Positions 12,017 to 24,388 of a stretch of DNA of 64,000 bases are shown here, one piece after another. Position 1 is the stretch's first letter; the number at the start of each line of letters is the position of its first letter. Under the pieces are notes generated by a model that made no database searches, was not told the DNA's origin, and worked only from the letters and a program-made list of their open reading frames with translations. The translations under genes and the position numbers were made by a program. The stretch comes from Chrysomallon squamiferum. Its lineage: Eukaryota > Animalia > Mollusca. The stretch is from the NCBI GenBank assembly GCA_012295275.1, contig CM022669.1:5394001-5458000 (forward strand), read 5' to 3'.

Positions 12017-12729
12017 ATGTTCTTCAGTTTAAATCGGACTCCTAACGTCAAAGCTGGACAGGTGTAATACAACAACAACAACAACAACAACAATAATAAT
12101 AATAATAATAATGAATGCGATATTGATAATCATAATAATAACAACAACAATAACAACAGCAAGAACGAAACAATTAAGAAAGAAAACTTTGAATACTTTT
12201 TTAGAAATCTTAACATTCAATAGCATAAAAACTGTTTTAAAAATAGGTAATATTAATTTTAAATCATGAGTCAAAATTCAGGTATTTGCTATTTCCAAGT
12301 CCGTGATAGATTAGTGTGTAGTTGTTGTCAGAATTCTAAAACCTTTGATATGACTAAATTAAAGAGGAACCTGAACACATCAGATAAATCAAAGTAAACT
12401 CTTCTTGAAATTGAAAAGTCCAATTATCTGTTCACTTTATTTGAATAGTGGGGTTGATAACAATGCGGAATGTATAAACTGTAAAAAGTAAATTACAGAT
12501 TCTTTTCAGAAAATCAGGCGATTTCGGAAAGGATTTAATACATTCAAAATATATCGAAATATCATAAATCTGAATCTTTCATTAAGGACAAAAAAAAAAA
12601 ATCTGCTACAACTACTACTACTACTATTAATAATAATGCAAATAATAGTTATAACAACACGAAAAAAATATGATAAAATAGATAACAAAAAAAATAATAA
12701 TAAAATAAAATAAAATAAATTAATTAATT

Positions 12730-12818
12730 AACTGGACCTATTGGTGGGAGCTCTCCTTTGTAATTGCTGAGCAATATGATAAGGTCGAATGTCTGACGGT
12801 CTTGGGCATTAGCGTAAA
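12730..12818 (-). pseudogene. Short relic of a diverged pyruvyltransferase paralog
   Basis: Minus strand reads ..DRQTFDLIILLSNYKGELPPIGPV, versus LLNTYKGELPPIGPV at the enzyme C-terminus. Confidence 0.6.
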
Positions 12819-13016
12819 TGCTTAAACGTATCGATTTATTGGATAAAAGTCCTTCTTTATAAATAAAATAGTTATTTTCTTACTCTTGACCTAAAATACG
12901 CAATTACCGTGATGCTGTATTTCTTATGCAAATATCCATGTATGCTTATATATGTACGTACGTACGTATGTATGTATATTATATTGCTTTGCTTATATTT
13001 ATTTATTAATCTTTTC

Positions 13017-13050
<34 letters not shown>

Positions 13051-14812
13051 CAGAGAGAGAGAGAGAGAGATTGTTACCAGCTGATTCACAACGTGACAAA
13101 GCATTTTGTAAGTAATGAATGAACAGTGTGATTATTTTACAATGAAACTTTAGGAGAAGTGAATGCAGTTTGCTTCAGTTAACATCTTTAGTGAATTATT
13201 TGCCAACATGGGAGTGTAAAACTGTAGCAAACAGTATCATTGTTTGGTTCTTGTTTCACAAATATTTTTATGAACAACACAGAAAAATAAATAAACAGTC
13301 TTGATAGCAGCAGTGCATCATGGATATGTTAAGGCTTATGAAAGGTTGACATAACAAATCGCAGCTAAGCATATCATTTGTAAAAGCTGACTCATGACAT
13401 ATACCCACACTCTGTCACGATTTGACATTTTTGCTGGCGAGTTCGGCGATACGGCGATAGGATGTATAAACTTACAACCAGAGTCTTGCTATCTCGTTGA
13501 TCATTATTGAGTATTCAGTATACTTTTGTTCTTTTGAAATGCGAATTCGATGTTAAAAAAAATAAATAAATCAGACGAATAGTAAGAAAAATAAAATAAT
13601 TACTATACATATGTGAAGTTAATATTCTTTGTTCCACAAACACTTAATAAGGTGTGGTAATATGTTCTAAAATAATTCTGGAATAATTGTCCATAGTTTG
13701 GCTGTTTATTGGCTGCCCTAAGAAAAAGTCATAGACGGATAATAAATAATCGATTTAAAAAAATATATGTATTTTTAATTTTCACAGACGATCAGCTATG
13801 CAGTTCAGAGAAACCTTGTTTATTTAAGAAAAAAAAAAAACTTTTTCCTACTAGTTTGTAATTTATCATTGTTGAAACGATGTTTGAATACTTAAGTGCT
13901 GCACTTTACAGGGCGGCATTGTATCATTTATGAAATATATATTTCTCAAAATTTTGTGTTTAATAAATGCATGTCAAATATGGAGTTAAAGTAAATTTAT
14001 GCATTTTTCATTTCAACAAATCTGGCAATCGAGACCTTTCTCCTAAAACTTTAAACCATATCCGCCAATGCTTATGTATGAAAAATGACCCATTCGGTAA
14101 TCCTGTTTTGTCTTTTGTTACAAACAACTCAACTCTGAGCCTGTGTCTGTACTGTAAACACTGCCATTGATTTAATGAATATTTTAAACATGAATTTTGC
14201 CATAAAATGTTTAATATATATTAAGATTTTAAAATTAAGAAGAAAAGGAAATTTCGGTGACATGAAATACAGTTTAAAATTTTAAGCTTCTCCTCATGCC
14301 ACTGCTACTGAAAAATCGGAAAGAATAACAGATCAATTGTTTATGGTTTGATGGAAAAAACAGCGAAAACTATCTTAATTCAAATATTGCAGACTGACGT
14401 AGTAACAGTTTATTCGCCATTCTTGCGTAACAAGATTTCCCGAGTTTCTGGACCTTTGAGTAACATATATCAATATATATATATATAGATATATAAGATA
14501 AACCGTGAGAAGTAAAAAACGAAGTCGTATTTAACAAATAGAAATTAAAACGAATTTTTGAATCCTGTTTTCTGAAAGCCGAAAATAAATGGTTGGGTAC
14601 TTGTAATGTTTTCTTTATTGAAGCATGTCATATTTATTTAAAGTAATATCAAATTTCATATATTTATCTGAAACATTATTTATTTTACAACTAGAAAACG
14701 GGAATAGTCTTTGATGGAACAGGTATCTTTTGGTCTTAATTTTTACAGGTATCTCGGCAACGCTGTTCAGTTCGGACAATATATACAGATATACACGTAT
14801 GTATATATGTGT

Positions 14813-14935
<123 letters not shown>

Positions 14936-16084
14936 TGTAACTATGGAGATAAAAATTATATTAGATAGGATGATAATATTAGGAAGACCAAATAAATGTG
15001 AATACCTTTCTCTATCCTTTGTTATCATAAATTTACTGTTGTTTCAGTTACAAACCAGTAAGTATATTTCTACAAACACGAAACAGTTTTCCCTTCTTTT
15101 GCTGGACTCCGAGTCACCGCTCAAGCAAGACATCTATGTTGCGGATACCTGTTTAATAACTGAAACGTTATTAAAAAACAGATTTGGGGATTACTTCTAG
15201 TCTCAGTTACAGTATCCGTTCACAGTCTGGGTACACCTACATGCACAGAGTCACGCTTTCTCTTCACTATCTGTTTTATAGTTGTTTGATATATCCGACG
15301 ATTCATTTATACATAAGGTAAGAAAATTAATTTAATTCGTCTATACTTGCATATATATGTATTATCTGTTTGCCATGAATAACTGTTTTTCTCTCTTTCT
15401 CTCTCTCTCTATATATATCTATCTGAATGTGTCTGTTTATGTTTATAAGTGTCTTTCTTAACATTTTTGTTGTTATTTTGATTTCATCTCTCTGTGTTAT
15501 TTTAATTTTTTTTATGTTTTTCGTTGTTCACATCAATAATAGAGACATGAAGTTTGTGTTGATAGATTTTCAAAAGAGTATTTGAAAATTTTAAATGCTG
15601 TATATCATACTGCACTTGTAACAAATACAGATAACTGAGCAAATACATTTTACTACTTGTTTCTAACTTAATACAAAAATGGCGGATTGACGTACCAACA
15701 ATTTATGCGCCATGCTGGGGACACGCGATTTTCTGGGTTTCTGAACCAATGAGTAACGTATATATATATATAAACCGTAACAAGTAAACAACGAAACCGT
15801 ATTTAACAAATAAAAATTAAAAGACATCTCTGAAGCCTGGTTTCTGAAAGCCGAAAATAAATTATATTTTTCCAAAGTAATATCAAATTTTATATATTTA
15901 TCTGAAACGTTATTTATTTTACAATCAACCAGACAGAGAGAGAGAGAGAGAGAGATGTAATTAGAAAGTGAAACATTATAACTGACAGTATGTTTGCCAT
16001 GTATAACTGCTTTTCTCTTTGTACATATCCATCTGTGTTGTGTGTGTGTGTCTTAATTAACATTTTTGTTGTTAGTTTTATTTC

Positions 16085-16086
<2 letters not shown>

Positions 16087-16144
<58 letters not shown>
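16087..16144. repeat. (CT)n microsatellite
   Basis: Direct reading. Confidence 0.95.
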
Positions 16145-16147
<3 letters not shown>

Positions 16148-18239
16148 ATTTTAGTTTTTAATGTTCTTTTGTTGTTTAGATCAATTATAGAGATATCATA
16201 ATAGACTTTCAAAACAGTATTTGAAATTTTTTAATATTGTACTGCATACTACACTTGTAACAAATAGAGATAAAAATGGCGGATTGACGTCAATGCTGCA
16301 GTAAGAATAGATTTTCAAGTCTACACTTTTATTTAAATGAATTACTTAAATATCTGTGTCATACAGCTAAAATTTTACGATCAGTTTAAAGTATTAATTA
16401 TTATGTTAAAAAAACCCTCTATTTAAAATGAATTGTTTTTAAGAACTGACTTTTTCTAAATAATAAACACAGCAACATTTTTTATGAAAAAAACAACAAA
16501 AAAAACAACAACAACAACAACAAACAAACATACAAAAACATAAAAATAAAACACATGATAAATAAATAAAAATAAATAACCAACATCAACAGATTTCTTC
16601 AGTTATATGTAATGAAAATTACACGTTTATTGATCTTATTATTTCCTATTTACTTAATATGGGCAAATATTCAATTCTGACTTGCTAACCGTTGGGTTTA
16701 GAGTTACAGAATCCATGATAATCTACGACCTAATAAAAAAAAAAAAAAAAATAAAAAAAAAAAAAAATATATAGTTCCTATTAGTTTACTATAAAATATC
16801 AGATATGATACATATTTACTGAATAGGTGAATATAACAATGTCCCAAGACAGGAAAAAATATACATTGAAACCAAACACAAGACATCTTTAGAATCATAT
16901 AGTTTTCTTACATTTGCCTACGTACTGCTGGGGAAAGGTATGGTGGTTAGAGTGTACGACATAGTCAGTTAACTGCAAACTTACAATTTTTTGCTATGTT
17001 AATCTTAATTTTATAACTGATTTCTAGATCTTGTTTGTAACGATGAGCCAATGTTTTAATATGTGCTATTTATTGGGTTGTTGTGACAAATATAATTTCA
17101 AAATGGCGGATTGACGTCACAGGAGGAGGAAGATATTCAGTACCAAACATTTACTGATTATATTAATTCAGTGGTCAGCAGACTACTGATATTTATTATG
17201 ACCAATACAAATAATCGACAATGATCGTGATAAATATAAAGAAAAATTAAATAAACAAAACAAGTAAAAGAAAATGAGAATTTATAAGCTTTATAGTTAA
17301 CGTAGCCATTTTGTTTAATTTACGAACAATAAATAATGTGTATTAAAGAAATAATCTCTGTATAGTTTATATATGACATCTCCTCTGCAATCAAGAAATA
17401 ACATAAACATCCGTCTAAATCAGATTTATCCTGTTCAGTCAGACCTCATGTAATTTTGTACACATACGAGGAGTCCAGGAGGTTTTGTTGTGTTTTAAAA
17501 ACAAATCATGACAAAAGAAATACGTTTAGATGTTTATTAGTTTGGTCGCTGTACTATGCCAGGCAGGTATTAACAACTCTACTTTTAGTTTAATTAATCA
17601 TTTATTTTATTATGTCCGAGCGTAAAATGTAGAATGTTTGTAGGAAAAAAAAATGAACCATATATCGATGCATGTAGAAAAAAAAAAAAAATATATATAT
17701 ATAATTTTTATTATTATTATTTTTTTAAGAAAAAGAAGAAAACATCTCTAAATTAGTATTGCTAAATATAAGATTAAAAACCGAATGATTTACAAGAATA
17801 TCTATTAATAATTCTTAATAATTATAACTGGAATACTGAAATAGAACGAAAATTTTATCTTTTTGAAGAATATTTTAAACGTGTGAAATATAAAACGCAC
17901 AAAAACATCGACAAAACTAATATAGATTTGTCCTTCGTTTTTGTACATACATATACACATACAAACATTTGAATATACACACCCATATATATATATAAAG
18001 TAAAAAAAAAAAAAATAAAATAAAATAAAATAAAATAACCGTAGTCGGGACTATATGTTCCAGATAACACACCTTCGGCTATTTTCGTGTAAAGCAAATT
18101 AATCGCTGCGGTAGACCGTAAATTAACGATCATAGTCGAATATTAATAGGCTCTTGATGTGCTAATTTGGAACGAACAGATCAGCAGTTTCGTTTAACTC
18201 CGGCCATTCTAATCTTAGCAGGACATTAACCACTTGTTC

Positions 18240-18288
<49 letters not shown>

Positions 18289-18369
18289 TCACACACATAG
18301 ATGTATGTACTGGTTATTTTCTTACTTTGTGTGTTATTTATTTATTTATTTAACCCAAAATATGTCCGT

Positions 18370-18729
18370 ATACCAGTTCTTTGGACCTGCATTTGAACTG
18401 CCATAACTTTAAGCAATGCTAATCAAATTAGGTTACTTCTAAAAAAAAAAGCCTGACTTTGTAGATATTAGGCGTTATCAATACGACCATGGCCGAGCAT
18501 CTATGTTAATAGCGTTTCGCTAATGACGTCACCTCTGACGTCAGTAGATTGATTCTCTTCCGAAGTCTGTGGGATAAACCAACGCAGAGTTTTTCTTCTA
18601 ATTACCGCGTTGTCAAGTGAATCTTGTTCTTATACATGATGTACTTTAATTTGAGTAAATGATCGAAAAATAAAAACAAAAAAGGAACTAGAGAAAGAAG
18701 AAGGAGGAACAACAACAACAATAAAACAA

Positions 18730-18760
<31 letters not shown>

Positions 18761-18769
18761 AAAAAAAAC

Positions 18770-18833
<64 letters not shown>

Positions 18834-19189
18834 AGCTGATCATCATCATTATTATTATAGTCTTCATTATCTTTATCATTGTGTTTTATATTTGTACTAA
18901 AATAATTCTGGAATAATTGTCTATATTTTGGCGGTTTATGGGCTGCCGAAAAAAGCAAGTCATACACGGATAATAAATAATCGATTTAAAAAAATATATG
19001 TATTTTTAATTCTCACAAACATAATAATGAGCAATAGAACATTTCAGACGAAACCTTGATTATATAGTGAGAAAATAAATTTTACTACTTGTTTCTAACT
19101 TATGATTTCATGGAATAAACTGCGAAAACTATTTTAATACAGAAATGTAAATATATCTATATATATATATAAATAAAATAAAATAAAAC

Positions 19190-19244
<55 letters not shown>

Positions 19245-19900
19245 ACCATTATTATCGTCTTCATTATTTTTATCATTGTCATTCTGAACAATCTTTTACT
19301 AACTTGTAAATTTATTTTACAATTTCTTAAATGTAACTTTAAAAAACTATGAGAATGAAATCAGGATCAAACCTTCCTTGATAATATTTACCTTGATACT
19401 GCAATTTATAAGCATCTATGTATGTATGTATGTATGTATGTATGTATGTATACATACGTATGTATATGTATATATATGTGTGTTAATTGTGTCTATATAA
19501 TCATATTTCTTTGTCTTTTCTATTTATATATATGCATGTATGTATGTATGTATGTATATTATATTGCTTTCCTTATATTTATTTATTTATATATTTATTT
19601 TAGATGGCTTTTGTAAATATTATTTTTGTTTTCTCTTGTTTTATTCTCCACGTCAGATCTTTGACATGTTATTTGTTTATCACTTGAGCGATATGTTACT
19701 GTGTTTGAATTTTTTAAGTAATGAATACACAGTGTGATTATTATAGAATGAAACTTTATGAGAAGTGAATGGAGTTTGCTTCAGTTAACATGTTTAGTGA
19801 ATTATTTTTCAACATCAGAGTGTAAAACTGTAGCAAACAGTATCATTGTTTGCTTCTAGTTTCACAAATATTTTTATGAACAACACAAAAAAGAAGCAGA
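18370..19900. repeat. Segmental copy of the FoxQ2 upstream non-coding region without the gene
   Basis: Mostly collinear with ~1100-2200 (CRE block, ATT tracts, atgaaactttatgagaagtgaatgg block), with an inserted piece; boundaries approximate. Confidence 0.65.
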
Positions 19901-20999
19901 CACGGTCTTGTTAGCAGCAGTACATCATGGATGTAATGCAAGGTTAAAAAGAAATCGCGTCTAGGCGTATCATTTGTAAATGCTGACTCATGACGTATAC
20001 CCCCACTCTCTGTTACCCTTTGACCTTCCTCTGGCGAGTTCGGCGATACGGCGATAGGATGTATAAACTTACAACCAGAGTCTTGCTATCTCGTTGATCA
20101 TTATTGAGTATTCAGTATACTTTTGTTCATTTGAAATGTGAATACAAAGTTAAAAATAAAACGAATAGTAAGAAAAATAAAACAATTACTATACATATGT
20201 TCTATGTTACATTTGAAGTTAATATTTTTTGTTCCACAAACATTTTACAAGGTGTGGCAATATGAGCTAAAATAATTCTGGAATAATTGTCTATATCTTG
20301 GCTATTTATTGGTTGCCCTAAGAAAAAGTCATAGACGGATAATAAATAATTGATTTAAAAATATGTATTTTTAATTTTCACAGACGTATTAACAGACTAT
20401 CAGCTATGCAGTTCAGAGAAACCTTGCTTATTTAAAAAAAAAAAAAAAAAATTTTTCCTACTAGTTTGTAATTTATCATTGTTAAAACGATGTTTGAATG
20501 CTTAAGTGCGCCACTTTGTATCATTTATGAAATATATTTTTCTCAGAATTTTGTGTTTAATAAATCCATGTCATCGTCATTCTGAACAAACTTTTACTAA
20601 CTTGTAAATTTATTTTAAAATTTCTAAAATGTTATTTTAAAATAGCAATAAGTATGAAATCAGGATCAAACCTTTTTTGATAATATTTACCTTGGTACTG
20701 TATTTCTTATGCAAGTATCTATGTATTTTTATACGTACGTATGCGTTTATGTATGAGAAAAGTATACTAAAACTATAATTAAATTGTTAACGATAACAAG
20801 AACAACATTAGAATGTAAATAGAAATTAGTAATTTATTACAACTCAAAAAAAAAGCCACATCATTATAATGCACTTTTCGTTTCTTTTAATGTCATTTCT
20901 TAGATAAATCATATTACAAAAGCAAAATAATACATCTGTATATATCTTGCTTTGAAAATCATAACGATTCAAACAAATATAAGATAAACGATTCGTCAG

Positions 21000-21320
21000 C
21001 TGAACCATTTTAATGTACGACTCATAAGATAAAGATATTTTATTATTAGAAACGTGATATAGACAATTTTATTATTCGAGTCGTGACATAGGCCATTTTA
21101 ATATTCAAGTCGTGAGATAGACCATTTGAATACACGAGTCCTAGTATAAACAATTTTAAACTGTGAATTGTGAGATCAACTATTTTAACATATGACTCAT
21201 GAGATAAACCATTTTAATATGTGAGTAGTAAGATCAAATAATTTGAAATACGAGTCGTAAGATTAACTATTTTAATAATTATATCAGAAGTGAGATAAAT
21301 CAATTCCATACAAATATACG
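21000..21320. repeat. Degenerate ~29-bp tandem repeat downstream of copy 2
   Basis: Homologous to 8290-8612. Confidence 0.7.
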
Positions 21321-21413
21321 ACACATGATTAGAGGCAAACAACTCAAAGAAAGATCAAGTTTCGTAAAGTATTCGTTTAAAAATAAAAATATTCAAAACT
21401 TGAAAATTCAAGT

Positions 21414-22801
21414 TCAACTATGGAGACCAAAAAAGCTTTGGAATATATCAGCTACCTTGAATTCAGTCACGTCCATTACTGGACCTATTGGTGGAAGCTC
21501 CCCTTCGTAAGTGTTGAGCAATGTCAAGGCCAGAGACAACGCCTTCGAGCCGTTGTTAGTCAGTAAAACATTGCGAACACTTCGTATCCACGTGTTGTGA
21601 AAAGAAGAAAGTTTCTTGTTCTCGTTGTCAATCAACACGTGTGGTATGTTGAGCAGCGTGCTTAAGATATGTCCGTGAAGACGATCAGTGATGACCACGC
21701 GTCCTCGCTGCAGAAACACAAACCCGTTGTTCGCCATTAGGAAAGCATTTTCCATGGTTGTTGTGCCACTGGGCGTTTTCCAATTCAACCAGTCGGCTAC
21801 GTGAACCGTTATATTGTTTGGCATCTTGATTTTATCAGTCATGTAACCGGGACTCTCTGTATCAGTACGTTTCAACCAAATGATGTCATATGTAGGCGAC
21901 ATGGAGCGACGAACTTCACCAATCAGAAACGCCATGTCCGGTGCTAATATAAATTTCGTTTGGTTCTTGTTCCAGTATTTCAGAGCGATGTTCAACGACT
22001 GTCTGTCTCTGAGAATTATCGTCAGGTTAGGATTACAGCAGTAAAGTTTCTTACACAAATCAAAGTGATTCCCGCTGTACACGTTGTGAGGAACGAAAAT
22101 ACTTTGAGGGAAAATAACTAATTTGAAACCGTCGAATCTTGGAATAATATCTCTTCTCATGTTATCACTGAAAGGGTATCCAACGAAATTCCCTCCTCCA
22201 TGAAACAATATAACAAGTTCATCCTTGGAATATTTCTTACTTAATTTTTCCGCATATTCTTGTAACTGATGTTTTACGCAATCATAGCACAGACAGTAAA
22301 ATACAAGTTTAATTCCCAGACGTCTTAGAAAGTAAACTTCACCAACTGTGATGGCAGAATCACCTTTGTTCTCAGAAGCTGAAACATCAAAGAGAAATGC
22401 GTATTTAAATTTACCTAGGATATGCTGAAATAACTGAAACTGGATTCTTTGAGTTTCATGGATGACTTCTTTAGACGTAGACAAAAGAGGAGATAAGGAA
22501 TTTGTATTGTATACATGATCAGTAAGATTCCAGCTGAGAAATGTTTCGTTTTCTTTCTTGTGTTCAGCCAAATAATTTTCATTCAGATCTGGATACAGCT
22601 GCTTTTTGTCCAATAGTTGAAGTGATTCAGCACCAAACGATATGTCCTGAAACTTGCTTCTGTATTCATTATTTAATCTTACAGGTTTGACTCGTTGTGT
22701 TTGTTGTTCTCTGAATGAGAGAACTGACATCCCAGTGAAGAGAAGAATTGAAAACAAGAACAGTTCCATTCGTTGAGTACAAAACTTTGGTTTCCTTGAA
22801 C
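21414..22801 (-). CDS. Polysaccharide pyruvyltransferase exon, copy 2 (C-terminal half of the predicted fusion)
   Basis: Same motifs as copy 1; ORF 21414..22769 extended 32 nt to the acceptor ctgttttcag|GT; has a 16-aa longer stem. Confidence 0.88.
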
Positions 22802-23102
22802 CTGAAAACAGATTGCATATGAGTAAATATAAATGTACGTACAGGTTAACATAAACTGAAGTGTTAAAAAAGAAATAAAATAGATTTGTGTTTACTTTAT
22901 GAAATCAAGAATAGAAATGGTAGTTTTCTAATAATAAATAAAAATGAGTGTTAAAATTAATTACTGACATGATTGTTCAAAGAAACGTCATGAAATATTT
23001 GTCAGTCGGTATACCCTTAACAACAGTGACAAAGAAACAAACAAATAAAAAAATATCAAATTTATTCACTTTGAACACAGTATTAAGGAACTACCACCTC
23101 AC
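22802..23102 (-). other. Phase-1 intron (copy 2, 301 bp)
   Basis: CAG|GTGAGG donor and ctgttttcag acceptor; frame preserved (..TDS-G-SRKPKFCTQRMEL..). Confidence 0.8.
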
Positions 23103-24102
23103 CTGAATCTGTAAGTTCCATGGTTTCATTACGTACAAATTTTTCTCGTATGAAGATAAGAAGTCCCAACGTGCAGACACCCAAACCACTGAAGTTCCAC
23201 ACAGTCGCATGTCTTTGCCCAGACAGGTAGAGTAGAAAAATCACAGTTATTCTTTTCACTATGTTGCTGACGGCGTGACTCAACACAGACATGTACCGCA
23301 GCACGACATTCGCAGACAAATAAGAGTAGACCACGTGGAGGATGCTGGATGACAGCACTGTAATCAGAGTCAACGTCGTTGTCGTAGGAAGAAATCCTTT
23401 CAGTTCGATAATATACGTTACTAGCACTGACATAACAACACCAGCTGCAACACAGCAGATGTACACTACAGGACGCAGTCGTAGTTCCTTAGATTGTTGA
23501 TGACCTATTTTCATGGCAACGTTTCTTGCAGCTATCGTGATGTTAGATATGAATGCCATCACCGCACCTATGGACATCGACGACGTTACAAACGGGTTAC
23601 CTGCGAACCCTACGGCACCGAATACAATCAACGGCAGACTCACTATTGTTGATACAGATGTTGATGTCGTTAGGAAACTACGTTGTAGTAGTGCTGTGGT
23701 GATGGGTTCCATCAGTTTGATTGCAAATGTAGATGATGCGTGCATAAAAGCCATGCTGCAGTTTGTAGCGAAACTGCCTGCAATGTGTGATAGAATCATG
23801 ACGTAGAACACGTTGTCATGTCGTTGCTGAACATCCACAAGAGAATAACATGTCACAGTTTGAAAGATTGTTAGAATGATGGACAAATAAAGTCCTTGAC
23901 CTTGTACGTTGACCAAGTCCGAGTGGAGAAACAATCTGGCAAATTGATGACAGAGATAAGAGGTCAACGTCCACGAGACGAAAACCAGTACAATCTGAAG
24001 AATGAGAAAATTGGAAATACAAATATTACTTGATACATCTACACATTGATCAAAGCAAATATACGAACTACTGATCGTAGCTTTTTCATTGTTAACTATC
24101 AC
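23103..24102 (-). CDS. Triose-phosphate/PEP translocator family (TPT, SLC35E-like) multi-pass transporter exon, copy 2; 5' boundary uncertain
   Basis: About 10 hydrophobic segments; motifs FAIKLMEP, SLPLIVFG, AFISN..AARNVAMK, VLSHAVSNIVKRITVI; no in-frame ATG before TM1; strong alternative acceptor at 23995/23994. Confidence 0.82.
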
Positions 24103-24271
24103 CTATACACTTGTATTAAAATGTCAGTACATGAAACCAAAATACGTAAAAGAAATATGATAATTGGGATCTGATTATATTTTTCGAGTATTTGAAATAT
24201 ACATGACTAAAATATTAAAAGAAATAAATAGCGATACAAAATCTTTTTCTCGTATCTCTGTGTGTATGTGT

Positions 24272-24388
<117 letters not shown>

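Noticed and set aside
15048-15323. Plus-strand splice-like signals (tttcag|TTACAAACCA|gtaagt; AAG|gtaaga) recurring in several units
   Set aside because: No coherent ORF links them and their recurrence is explained by recent duplication; a lncRNA cannot be excluded without RNA data.
22616-22665. 48-bp stem insertion as a mini-intron
   Set aside because: No GT..AG ends; it is an in-frame genomic indel between paralogs.
21414-24102. Bacterial-style two-gene operon or bacterial contamination
   Set aside because: Consensus spliceosomal sites join the ORFs in frame in all four copies, and the flanks are continuous with animal repeats and FoxQ2.
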